In this document: positions 53,401 through 64,000 of the stretch, one piece after another
Layout of the letters: the number at the start of each line of letters is the position of its first letter
Numbering within the stretch: position 1 is the first letter of the stretch
Source of the DNA: Nageia nagi
Lineage: Eukaryota; Plantae; Pinophyta
NCBI GenBank assembly: GCA_050084985.1
Contig: JBITNC010000001.1
Coordinates: 83,762,001 to 83,826,000, forward strand
DNA length: 64,000 bases
Direction of reading: 5' to 3'
Notes under the pieces: model-generated
Database searches by the model: none
What the model saw: the letters and a program-made list of their open reading frames with translations, nothing else
What the model was told of the DNA's origin: nothing
Translations under genes and position numbers: made by a program

Positions 53401-56400
53401 ATATAGGGTAAGATTTTTTGGTTCAAAAATTGGCATACTTATTGATAGTGGTGCTATAGATAGCTTTATTTCTACTCATATTTTAGATAAACTATTAGAA
53501 AAGCCAAGGATCTTAGATGAAGGGTACAAGGTTGAGTTTGGGTCAAGATGAACCCATACAATAGCCAAGTATTATCCAAACATAGAAGTAAACTTACTTA
53601 AGGGAAGGACTCAAGTAACCTTATTTATTGCTCCTCTTTGATCTTTTGAAATCATTTTGGGAATGGATTTGTTGAGAAAACATGGAGATTTAATGAACTT
53701 TGAGGAAATATGGGTAGATTTTAGTGATGAAAAAGGGATTTTTCAAAAACTCTTTTTTCAAAGGAAATACTTTAAACCTCGACTCTTGTAATCTTTGCAA
53801 TTATCAAAGGTCATTTGAAAAAGGAGTATGATTTTTACTATGAAAATAAAGGATCTAGAGGAAGATTCAAGAGAGGAAGAAATACTTAGGGAGCATTCAA
53901 TTCTACAAGAATACAAAGATATTTTCCCAAAGGAACTTCTTGGTATGCCTTCGAGAAGAGATTTTGATTTCTCTATTGACCTAGTTCTAGGAGTGGAGCC
54001 TATATCTAGGACACATTATAGGATGACCACTATTGAAATGGAAAAACTAAAAGTTTAGTTAAACAAGTTATTGGAAAAAGGGCTCATCCAACCTAGTACA
54101 TCACCATGGGTAGTGCTAGTCTTATTTTTCAAGAAGAAGGATGGGTCATTAAGTCTTTGCACAAATTACATAATGTTAAATAAGGTAACTATCAAGAATT
54201 GTTATCCTCTACCAAGGATATGTGATATTTTTTATCAACTTAAAGGGATATGCATATTATCTATGAAAGATCTAAGGTTAAGCTACCACCAATTGAGAGG
54301 AAAGGATTTAGATACCCATAAAACTACATTCAAAACTCGGTATAGACACTATGAGTTTACAATTTTATCCTTTGGTCTTACCAATGCTCCTACATCCTTC
54401 ATGAACTTGATGAATAGTGTATTATAAGAGTACCTTGATAAATATGTCTTAGTCTTCCTAGATGACATATTTATTTATTCACAATCAAAAGAGGAGCATG
54501 GTCATCATCTTAGGATAGTCATGGGGATTCTAAGAAGGAATCAATTATATGCTAAGATGAACAACTATGAGTTTTATGTACCTCAAGTGCAATACTTGGG
54601 ACACATTATCTATAGTGAAGGGATTTTTGTGGACCCTTCAAAAATTAAGGAAATAATGAGTTGGCCACTAAGAAAGAATGTTAGTCAAATAAGGAGTTTC
54701 ATGGGTCCAATAGGATATTACAAACATTTTATTAATAACTTTTCTAAAGTTGCTTATCCCATTACTCAACTTCAAAAGAAAGAAAATAAGTTTTTATGGA
54801 CTTAAAAGTGTGATCAAGAATTTGCTACTCTCAAATAAAGGCTTACAATAGCACCTATACTTAGAATTATAGACCTGTATGGATATTTTGTTTTTTGTAT
54901 AAATGCTTCTAAGGAAGGTTTAGGAGGACTATTAATGGAAGATGGTGTAACAATGGCCTTCGAGTCCAAAACACTTAAGGATCATGAAGGATAATATGCA
55001 ACTCATGATTTGGAGTTAGTTATAATTGTTCATGCCTTCAAAGTTTGGAGATATTATTTGTTAGGGAAACCTTTTAACCTTAGATCTAATCATCAAAGTC
55101 TTAGATATATTTTCACTTAGCCAAATTTAAATGCCAAAAAAGAAGATGGATGGAACTCCTTGCTAAGTATGACTTTTGTATTGAGTATATCAAGGGAAAG
55201 GAAAATAAGGTAGCTAATGCTCTAAGTTATAGAAAACATATTGAATCTTTAAGCTTGGTTCATACTAACCTTATGGATAAAATTCATGAACTTTGGGATC
55301 AAGATTATCATTACCAAAGGATTAGAAGAGAAATTGTTGAAAATCCATACAAGGTGTAGAACTTTGTTAATGAGGAAGGTGGTCTCCTTTGTTAAATAGA
55401 TAGCATGGTAATTGCTAAAGATGGAAATATGAGAAATATTATTCTTTAGGAATCACACCACACCCCTTACTCTACCCACCCTAGTAGGGAAAAAATGAGA
55501 CAAAACATGAAAAAGAAATTTTTTGGGCCAAGAATGAAGAGAGACATAATTGGCTATGTCTCTAAGTATCTATAATGTCACAAAGTGAAGGCATAACATA
55601 GGCATCTAGTAGGAAAACTCTATATATATAATATTCCTACACAAAAAAAGAAAAAAATCTCTATGGATTTTATTATCGAATTACCATATTATAGGTTTAG
55701 ACATGATGCTATCCTAGTTGTTATTGATAAATTGACCAAGGTATGTCACTTCATACCTAGAAATATAATTGATGATGCTCTAGTAGTTTCTAGCAAGTTT
55801 GCTAGGGAGATCATTCAATTGCATGGGTTACCAAAGGACATAGTATTTGATAGAGACTCAAGGTTTACTTTTGAGTTTTGGAAGAGTTTGAATAAAGTTG
55901 TGGGCACTAAGTTAAACATAAGCTCAGCTTATCACCTAAAAAAAGATGGACAAATTGAGTGAGTGAACCAAGTCTTAGAAGATATGGTTAGGATGTATTA
56001 TATTGATCACCCTACCAAATGAAAGATTACTTGTACCTATTTTAGTTTGCCTATAACAATTATTATCACTCAACTTTGGGAATGACACCTTTTGAAATCT
56101 TGTACAGGAGAAGGTGTAGGACTCCTCTTTCTTGGGACAATCTTGAAGACTATGTTACAATAAAAAATGATATGATAAGAGAGATGGAGGAGCAACTTAA
56201 GAGAAATTGAAAAAGTTTAAAGGAAGCTATAGATTGATAGAAAAACTATACTAATATAAAAAGGACACCATGGGAATTCTCCATTGGTGATAAAGTCTTT
56301 ATGAGGGTTAAACCTAAAAAAAGTATCATCAAGTCTTCCAAGTTAGCATGAAAATATGTTGATCCTTTCTCTATCTTAGATAAGATTAGTATAATCACCT

Positions 56401-57420
56401 ATAGGTTCAAAATTTTGCCTAACCTATCTAAGATCCATGACTCCTTCCATTTTTCCTTTTTAAAATAGTATTTTCATGATCCATTGCATGTTTGGGATGT
56501 ATCTACTTTGCAAATGGAGGACCTTCTAGCTATGGAGATACATTCAATTTGGGTTCACAAACTACTTACTAAGAAGCTTCAAAACCATATGGTGCACCAA
56601 TGTTGTGTCTAGTGGGACAAGCATTCAAAAAATAATTCCACATGGGAATATGTGGAAAGCATGAAAAAAATTATTTTCTTTTTTGTTTAAAAAGTAAACT
56701 TAAACTATGAGACTATGATACTTCTAAATAAACTCAAGGAACTATGTTAATCTAAGTGGAGGATGTCATAGCAAAAATTACTATAGATTTACCTTGGTGT
56801 GTTTCATTTTGATTTATGTGTGAATTGAGACATTGGCTATATGTTATTTGAATAAAATGCTTGCTACAATTTTATTTGTTTAAAGTCATGAAATTCTAGA
56901 TAAGGATAATGATTACTTATCCTAACTATATGTACATGTTACTACTACAAGTGGTTTTATGATGTGTAGGTGACAATTAATGGAAGGCAAGGTGCTCTTG
57001 AATGGTTTGGAAATGAATGATTACTAGTGATTCACATGATCATATGTAATATCAAGACACTAGGATAGTTGGGTAAGTGGTTGCATACATACATAGCAGC
57101 ATGGGGCAACACAAGCTCCCTAGGATTGTTAATGTGTATTTATAATTACCTAGTTGTGTTCTTTAATTTAAGTTGAAAATAATTTTTCTGCCTTAAATGA
57201 TTACCAAGGATGTTAGTGTAATTATCTAAGGACCCCTAATAATTAATATTAGTGGGTAAAGATAATTAATGAAAATAACTAGGTAGGAAAAAGGTAAATC
57301 TTAATTATTTAAATATATGTATTTAGGTATTTTGTGAGAAGGTGTATGTATTGCTTATTAATTATTAATTAAGGTTAATTAATAATTAAGAATAGTAATA
57401 CCTAATATTAAATACTATTT
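50475..57420 (+). mobile_element. Ty3/Gypsy chromovirus (Tekay/Del-like): 5' LTR ~50475-52770, gag-pol ~52780-56690, 3' LTR from 56764 (partial)
   Basis: LIDSGA protease ~53438; RT KKKDGSL..YPLPRI..FGLTNAP..FLDDI; integrase MDFI..DRDSRFT; chromodomain STWE ~56640; PPT AAGTGGAGGA; LTRs align over ~650 bp. Confidence 0.93.
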
Positions 57421-57559
57421 TGATATGTATATATGACTTGAAAACCCTTACAAAGAAATTATAGAGTGATTTAGGGGTTTACAATAAATAATAGGATTTT
57501 TGCATCCCTTTAGGATTCCTTCATATAAACAAGCAATGTAGACCCATTTACGTGACTCC

Positions 57560-58356
57560 CAATTTAGTCTCACCTACCAAAGCTCTAAAGGCATGAATAT
57601 ATGGTATAAAATGGATGAAAAGAAACCTACATCTAATCAGCTACTTCATAAACTCCATTAGTTAACTTCAATAGGGAGATTATCAAAGATGAGATAGTCT
57701 ACTTAGAATCCATAGCTCTGATTTGACGATTCATGGGTCCTCAAATCCATCCAAGCAACATCAACCTATAGTCTTCTCAATATTGGAAAACTCAAGGTGA
57801 TTTCTCTATAAGCTTTTACCCTCATGGCTACTTTTTATTCTTTTTTACATGCAAAGAAGATAAAGATGAGATTTTCTAGGGAGGTCCTTGGTTCCTTGGA
57901 AGTGTGAGGCTTTTTATGAAGCCTTGGAATACTAGATTTATCCCAAAACTTGAGCTACCATATTGTATCCCTATTTGGGTTAAGATACATTGCCTCCATA
58001 TAGAGTTTTGGAATATTCAATCCCTAGAACTCATAGACAACACAAAAGGAATGTACATAGGACTCTCAAATAAAACCCAAGAAATGAAGGCTCTCTCTTA
58101 TCCTGTGTATGCATCCAAATGGACCTATCCTCCCCCTTGCTAGAATAAATTAAGATGGAATTAGATGATATTTCTTGCTCCCTAATTATTGACTATGAAA
58201 ACCTTCCCTTTAGATGCTATATGTGTCAAGATTATGACCATCTATTCCTAAATTACCCCCATGCTCTACATCTAAATCTAGATGATTCCAAGGGCTAGAG
58301 TCCATTAGAAGTTATTGATCAAGTTTAGCAATCCACCTCATTGAATTACTCTTCCC
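57560..58356 (+). mobile_element. L1 LINE ORF1 remnant (DUF4283 plus CCHC knuckle), left of the Copia insertion
   Basis: GPWFLGSVRLFMKPW...PIWVKIHCLHIEFW; DYENLPFRCYMCQDYDHL. Confidence 0.85.
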
Positions 58357-58924
58357 TATTAGGATTTAATAAGTTTATATAAGCAATATAATTCACAATT
58401 CTTCTGGTCCTTGGCAAAAAGAAACAACATTTAAGCATACTACTGAAATCAAACAACCATGAACATCAATCACACAAGAGAGACACAAAGAGATAACGTG
58501 GTTCACCCAGTGTAGGCTACATCCATGGAGAAGCTTTCAACCCTTTTGCATATCATTCTTCAAGTCCTCCAAGCAACAAATCAGCAGCATAATCTTGCTA
58601 CAACCTTCACTTTAGAGTTACAACAAAACCTCACTACAATCTCTCTCACATACTATCTACATAAGACATCAAACTACAATCACAATCTACTTCACAATTG
58701 CTGTCAAAACTACATATTGCATGCCTCAACTCAAGCCTCTTATTTATAGGTACAAACCAACCCAACTTAAACCTAAGTTAGATCTAGAAGGTCGTTAGGT
58801 AACCCCCAACCCTTTTGTAACTAATAAACAGGTGTCATGGCTTCTTAGCAACTGAAATTTGGTGTTAAACCAGAAAGAAATTGCTCTCTATTTTCTAGCT
58901 GGTTGTAGTCTCCATTTTCTAACA
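58357..58924 (-). repeat. 3' LTR of the young Copia
   Basis: About 19 substitutions plus 1 indel versus the 5' LTR by manual count (~96-97% identity). Confidence 0.97.
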
Positions 58925-58936
58925 ATCTCCCACTTG
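58925..58936 (-). promoter_or_regulatory. Polypurine tract
   Basis: CAAGTGGGAGAT immediately before the 3' LTR. Confidence 0.9.
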
Positions 58937-58984
58937 GAGACTTATTCCTCTGCAAAAAGGGTCAAAATCTTCTCATCTTGGCCT

Positions 58985-61900
58985 TTACTCCTTAAGACCA
59001 ATCCAAGTTGAGCAAGAGCCCAACTTCTCCTTTTTAACAACTTTAGTGAACATGTCTATAGGATTTTGAGACGTGTGAATCTTCCCCAAACTGATTGAAC
59101 CATCCTCCAATGTTGTCCTGATGAAGTGGTACCTCAATTTGATATGCTTGGTTCTCGAATGGTAGGTTGAGTTCTTTGCAAGATGAATAGCACTCTGGCT
59201 ATTGCTCCATAGCTTCGCATCCTCCTGCACCTTTCCTAGTTCCTTCATCAATCTCTTCAACCAAATCAATTCTTTACCGCCTCCGTGATCGCAACATACT
59301 CTGCCTCTGAAGTGGAGAGAGCCACAACCTATTGAAGCTTTGAAATCCAACTAGTTGTTATACCTCCAATGGTAAACACATATCCTATAGTGCTTCTCCT
59401 GTAGTGCTTCTCCCACCATCTATATCACCTACCATGTCAGAGTCAACATAACCTTGCAAACAAGAGTTAGATCCACCAAAACATAAAGAGTAATGAGAAG
59501 TTCCCTTTAAATACCTAAGGATCCATTTAACTACTTCCCAATGCCCTTTTCCTAGATTGTTCATGAATCTACTAACCACTCCCACTGTTTGTGCTATATC
59601 TGGTCTAGTGCACACCATTGCATACATTAAACTTCCAACCGCTGAAGCATAAGGAACCTTAGTCATGTACTCCTTTTCCTTATCTGTCTTAGGACATAAA
59701 TGTTTGGTGAGTTTAAAATGCTTTACCAATGGTGTAGTTATAGATTTTGCATCTTTCATATTGAACCTTTTAAGAACCTTATCAATATAATCTTCTTGAC
59801 TTAGTCTAAGCAAGTGGTTTTGTTTATCTCTTATTATTTTCATTCCAAGTATTTGTTTAGCTTCACCCAAATCCTTCATTTCAAAAGTATTAGCCAACTT
59901 TTCCTTAAGATCAATAATATCTTGCATACTAGATCCTGCTACCAACATATCATCCACATATAAAAGCAAGATTACATAGTTGCCATTTGTTGTCTTCTTT
60001 ACATACACACAATGATCAGATTGACATCTTACAAATTTATTTATTATCATGAAAGTGTCAAACTTATGATACCATTGCCTAGGTGCTTGCTTCAAACCGT
60101 ACAAGATCTTTTCCAATTTACATACATACCCTTCTTTATCTTTGACCTCAAAACCTTTAGGTTGATGCATATAAATATCCTCCTCCAAATCCCCATGAAG
60201 GAAAGCTGTCTTTACATCCAATTGTTCAAGAAACAAGTTTTTAGTAGCAACAAAACTCAATATTTCTCTAATCGAGGTCATTTTAACAACTGGAGAAAAG
60301 ATCTCATCATAATCTATACCTTTTTTCTATTCAAAACCTTTTACCACAAGTCTTGCCTTGTACCTTTGTCACCCATCTACCTCTTCCTTTATCCTGTACA
60401 CCCATTTGTTAGTAAGTGTCTTCTTACCCTCTGGAAGCTCAACCAAACTCCAAGTTTGATTCTTAAGTAAGGAGTCCATCTCCTCCTTCATAGCATGCTC
60501 CCACTTAATTTGTGTATCACCCTGCATAGCTTCATCAAAACATTCAGGTTCACCACCATCAGTATAAATAATATGATAAAGAGCAGGAGAGTATCATTTA
60601 GGAGGATTTCTAGTCCTTGAGGACCTTCTAAGTGACAAAGTTTGAGGTGTTTGTGGTGGAGGTGCTTGAACATTATTATTATTAGGAATCTTATATTGAT
60701 CAACATCTTCTAGAGATACAAACTTGGGTTCCTCAACATTTTGCAATCTATCTTTATACATGCTTTTCTCATTGAATACAACATCTCTACTTCTAATGAT
60801 TTTATGGTTATCAACATCCCATAACCTATATCCCAAATCATTAACACCATATCCAACAAAATAGCATTTTTGTGATTTTGCATAAGTTTCTTTCTATCCT
60901 CTTTATCAACATGTACAAAAGCCTCACAACCAAAGACTCTCAAGAATGAGTAATTCACCTTTTTACCTGTCCACATCTCCTCTGGAATGCCTCCATCTAA
61001 AGCCATAGATGGACCCCTATTAATCAAATAAACAACAGTGTCAATAGCATCAGCCCAAAGATTCAAAGAAAACCCAGCATGTATCCTCATACTTGTAGCC
61101 CTTTCCAAGATAGTCCTATTCATTCTTTCTGCAACCCCATTTTCCTGTGGAGTTCTAGGAACCACCTTAATCCTTCTAATGCCATTGTGTGAACAAAATG
61201 AATCAAACTCATTATTGCAAAATTCCCCACCATTATTGGACTTAAGACATTTCAACTTAGAATTAGTTTCATTCTCAACCAATGCCTTCCACCTCTTAAA
61301 TGTTTCAAACACATCAGATTTCTTTTTAATACAGTATACCCATGTCTTCCTGGTACAATCATCAATAAAAGTGACAAAATAAGATGAACCCCCAAGTGAG
61401 CAAACCTATGCAGGACCCCACACATCCGTATGAACAAGCTCTAATTTGTGACTCTTCTTTTCTTTGCCAACTTTAAGAAAATTAACCCTTTTTTGTTTTC
61501 CATACACACAATCTTCACAAAATCCTAAATCAACTTCTTTAAGATTAGGGAGTGAACCATTAGAGTGTAACATTTTCATACCTTTCTCACTCATATGTCC
61601 AAGTCTATTATGCCATAGTGATGTATCATTGCCTATTGAAACAAGATTCAATGAATAATCAAAGACATTTGTGAGCAAATAAAGAGACCCCACCAAATTT
61701 CCCTTTGCAAATACCATTGAACCTTTAGTTACTTTCCAACTAGCATCCCCGAATGTCATCACATAGCCCTCCTTATCCAATTTACTTGTTGATGTAAGAT
61801 TTTTTTTAAGATCCGGAATGTGTCTAGCTTCATTAAGAGTCCATTGTGTTCCATTAGGTAATTTCATTGTTATATTGCCAATACCAATAATCTTGCATGG

Positions 61901-62875
61901 GTGTTCATTACCTAATAATACTTGACCAAAGTCACCATGTGTGTAATTTGAAAAATAGTGCTTATGTGGAGTAGCATGATATGAAGCACCAGAATCAAGA
62001 ACCCAATAATCATCATTCTTTTTATTAGACATGATTAAAGCATCTTGAATTAATTCACCAACAATATTTGCCTCTTGGTTACTTGTGCTTTCATTATTAT
62101 AATTACTACTTTCACTTTCTTTTCCTTTTCTATTCCAATAATCCCTTTTAATGTGACCCTTTTTACCACAATGCCAACATTCCAATTTAGTTTTACCTTT
62201 TGATTTTGACCTTCCTTGCGATTTGCTTCTTGACTTGCTTCTCCTTCTTTCCTTTGATCTTCCTCTTGCCTCTACTGTGAGAGCAGCATTGGAGCATTCT
62301 CCCATGGACTTTCTCCTCATGTCCTCACTTAGAATTGTTCCAACAACTTCATCAAAGATCAATTTTGCATTAGAAGAAGAATTACTAACAGCCATAACAA
62401 AGCTATTCCAACTATCCGGAAGTGAACATAGAATTAACAAAGCTCTTACTTCATCTTCAAATTCTATTTTTACTAAAGTTAATTGATTTGTGACTGTGTT
62501 AAATTCATTAACATGGTCTTGAACTGAACTACCTTCATTCATCTTCATGTTAAACAATTTCTTCATTAAGTATACTTTGTTTGAGGCGGATGGTTTTTCA
62601 TACATTTTAGCAAGTTTATCCATTACACCTTTAGTAATTGTTTCATTGGAAATATTGAAAGCTACACTAGAACTTAAACAAAGTCTTACAGCTCCCAAAG
62701 CCTTTCTATCCAACAAGTTCCATTCTTCATCACTCATAGAAGTGGGTTTCTTACTCTTATCTTCTAGAGGTTGATAGAGATCCTTTTGGTAGAGGTAGTC
62801 TTCCATTTGCATTTTCCAAAACTGAAAACCTTGCCCATTAAATCTTTCCACCTTCAACCTCCCTTCTTCTGCCAT
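58985..62875 (-). pseudogene. Copia gag-pol polyprotein broken by several frameshifts and a stop
   Basis: ORFs 61406-62920 (gag, CWHCGKKGH, WVLDSGA, LWHNRLGH), 60710-61312 (integrase), 59385-60281 (RT YVDD), 58985-59350 (RNase H). Confidence 0.95.
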
Positions 62876-62939
62876 AGTGCTCTTCTTGGTTTCCAATCTA
62901 CACACAAGATTCACCAACAAAATCCCAACACAACAATAA

Positions 62940-62951
62940 GCTCTAATACCA
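62940..62951 (-). promoter_or_regulatory. Primer binding site (tRNA-iMet)
   Basis: TGGTATTAGAGC on the minus strand, 2 nt from the LTR end. Confidence 0.9.
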
Positions 62952-62953
62952 CT

Positions 62954-63520
62954 TGTTAGGATTTAATAAGTTTATATAAGCAAGAGAATTCACAATTCTT
63001 CTAGTCCTTGGCAAAAAGAAACAACATTTAAGCATACTACTAAAATCAAACAACCATGAACATCAATCACACAAGAGAGACACAAGAGATAACGTGGTTC
63101 ACCCAGTGTAGGCTACATCCACAGAGAAGCTTTCAACCCTTTTGCATATCATTCTTCAAGTCCTCCAAGCAACAAATCAGTAGCATAATCTTGCTACAAC
63201 CTTCACTTTGGAGTTACAACAAAACCTCACTACAATCTCTCTCACATACTATCTACATAAGACATCAAACTACAATCACAATCTACTTCACAATTGCTGT
63301 CAAAACTACATATTACATGCCTCAACTCAAGCCTCTTATTTATAGGTACAAACCAACCCAACTTAAACCCAAGTTAGATCTAGAAGGTCGTTAGGTAACC
63401 CCCAACCCTTCTGTAATTGATAAATAGGTGTCATGGCTTCTTGGCAACTAAAATTTGGTGTTAAACCAGAAAGAAACTGCTCTCTATTTTCTAGCCGGTT
63501 GTAGTCTCCATTTTCTAACA
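62954..63520 (-). repeat. 5' LTR of the young Copia
   Basis: TG...CA termini, adjacent PBS. Confidence 0.97.
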
Positions 63521-64000
63521 TTCCCAACCTCCTAAGATAGGCATAGCCCCAAAGCAAGGACCCCACTCTAAGCCTAGGAAAATATGCTCCATAGATCCAT
63601 CCACATCAAATCATTTTCTTATCCTTCAATTTGAGTCTGATGATGTAAATATTACTACTCCCACTCATGACCTCTTTTCCCTATGTCTCAATAACCATGT
63701 TTTCCCCTCCCTTGAACACTCTGCTAATGAACACCCTACCATAGTCCAACCTCACCAACTTGATACTGAAGCCCCTCCCCACCTCCAAGCTCTATCTTTT
63801 AATCCTATTACTCATGCTCTTCCTAAGCATTAACTCCCAACATAAGACATAGAAATGACTCTAGAGGATCTTGGAACCTCTAACCTTTTTTAGAACCCCA
63901 TGAGACTCCCAATCCTCTATGATTCACCAATTTATGCCTTAATATCATATAACTAAATAATACTTATATCTTTACAATATTTCTAACTCCTAAGGCTACA
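63521..64000 (+). mobile_element. Probable continuation of the LINE ORF1 (low-complexity C-terminal part)
   Basis: Lies directly after the TSD; C-rich, Pro/Ser-like coding character; no diagnostic motif. Confidence 0.5.

Larger units (their letters stand above)
58357..63520 (-). mobile_element. Young full-length Ty1/Copia (Tork/Tnt1-like), TSD TTCCC
   Basis: LTRs 58357-58924 and 62954-63520; TTCCC at 58352-58356 and 63521-63525; PBS and PPT present; all gag-pol domains present. Confidence 0.98.

Noticed and set aside
60012-63566. Plus-strand ORFs over the Copia and ORFs within its LTRs
   Set aside because: Antisense shadows of gag-pol or chance LTR frames.

Overview
AT-rich plant nuclear DNA, most consistent with a large gymnosperm (conifer-type) genome. 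That assignment is inferred from the TE landscape, the PLS-PPR debris and a TE-filled long intron. Most of the window is nested, decayed retroelements: several Ty1/Copia, two chromodomain-type Ty3/Gypsy, L1 LINE pieces, a tRNA-derived SINE family and two non-autonomous LTR elements. One Copia (58357-63520) is young and full length, with a TTCCC target-site duplication (TSD). Two CpG-retaining islands (~13.3-17.2 kb and ~28.7-30.8 kb) hold phase-compatible exons of an unidentified ~175-aa gene split by a ~12.7 kb intron. The most unexpected signal is at ~32.46-33.51 kb: a heavily decayed but collinear remnant of ribonucleotide reductase, with the large-subunit C-terminus running directly into a small subunit. 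Its motifs look bacterial/viral (NrdAz/NrdBz-like) rather than plant-like, and it is possibly followed by a Hint-like domain. There is also a ~1.54 kb near-perfect fold-back hairpin (37794-39333) and a scrambled PLS-PPR pseudogene cluster. All protein assignments are by-eye motif recognition; no searches were run.
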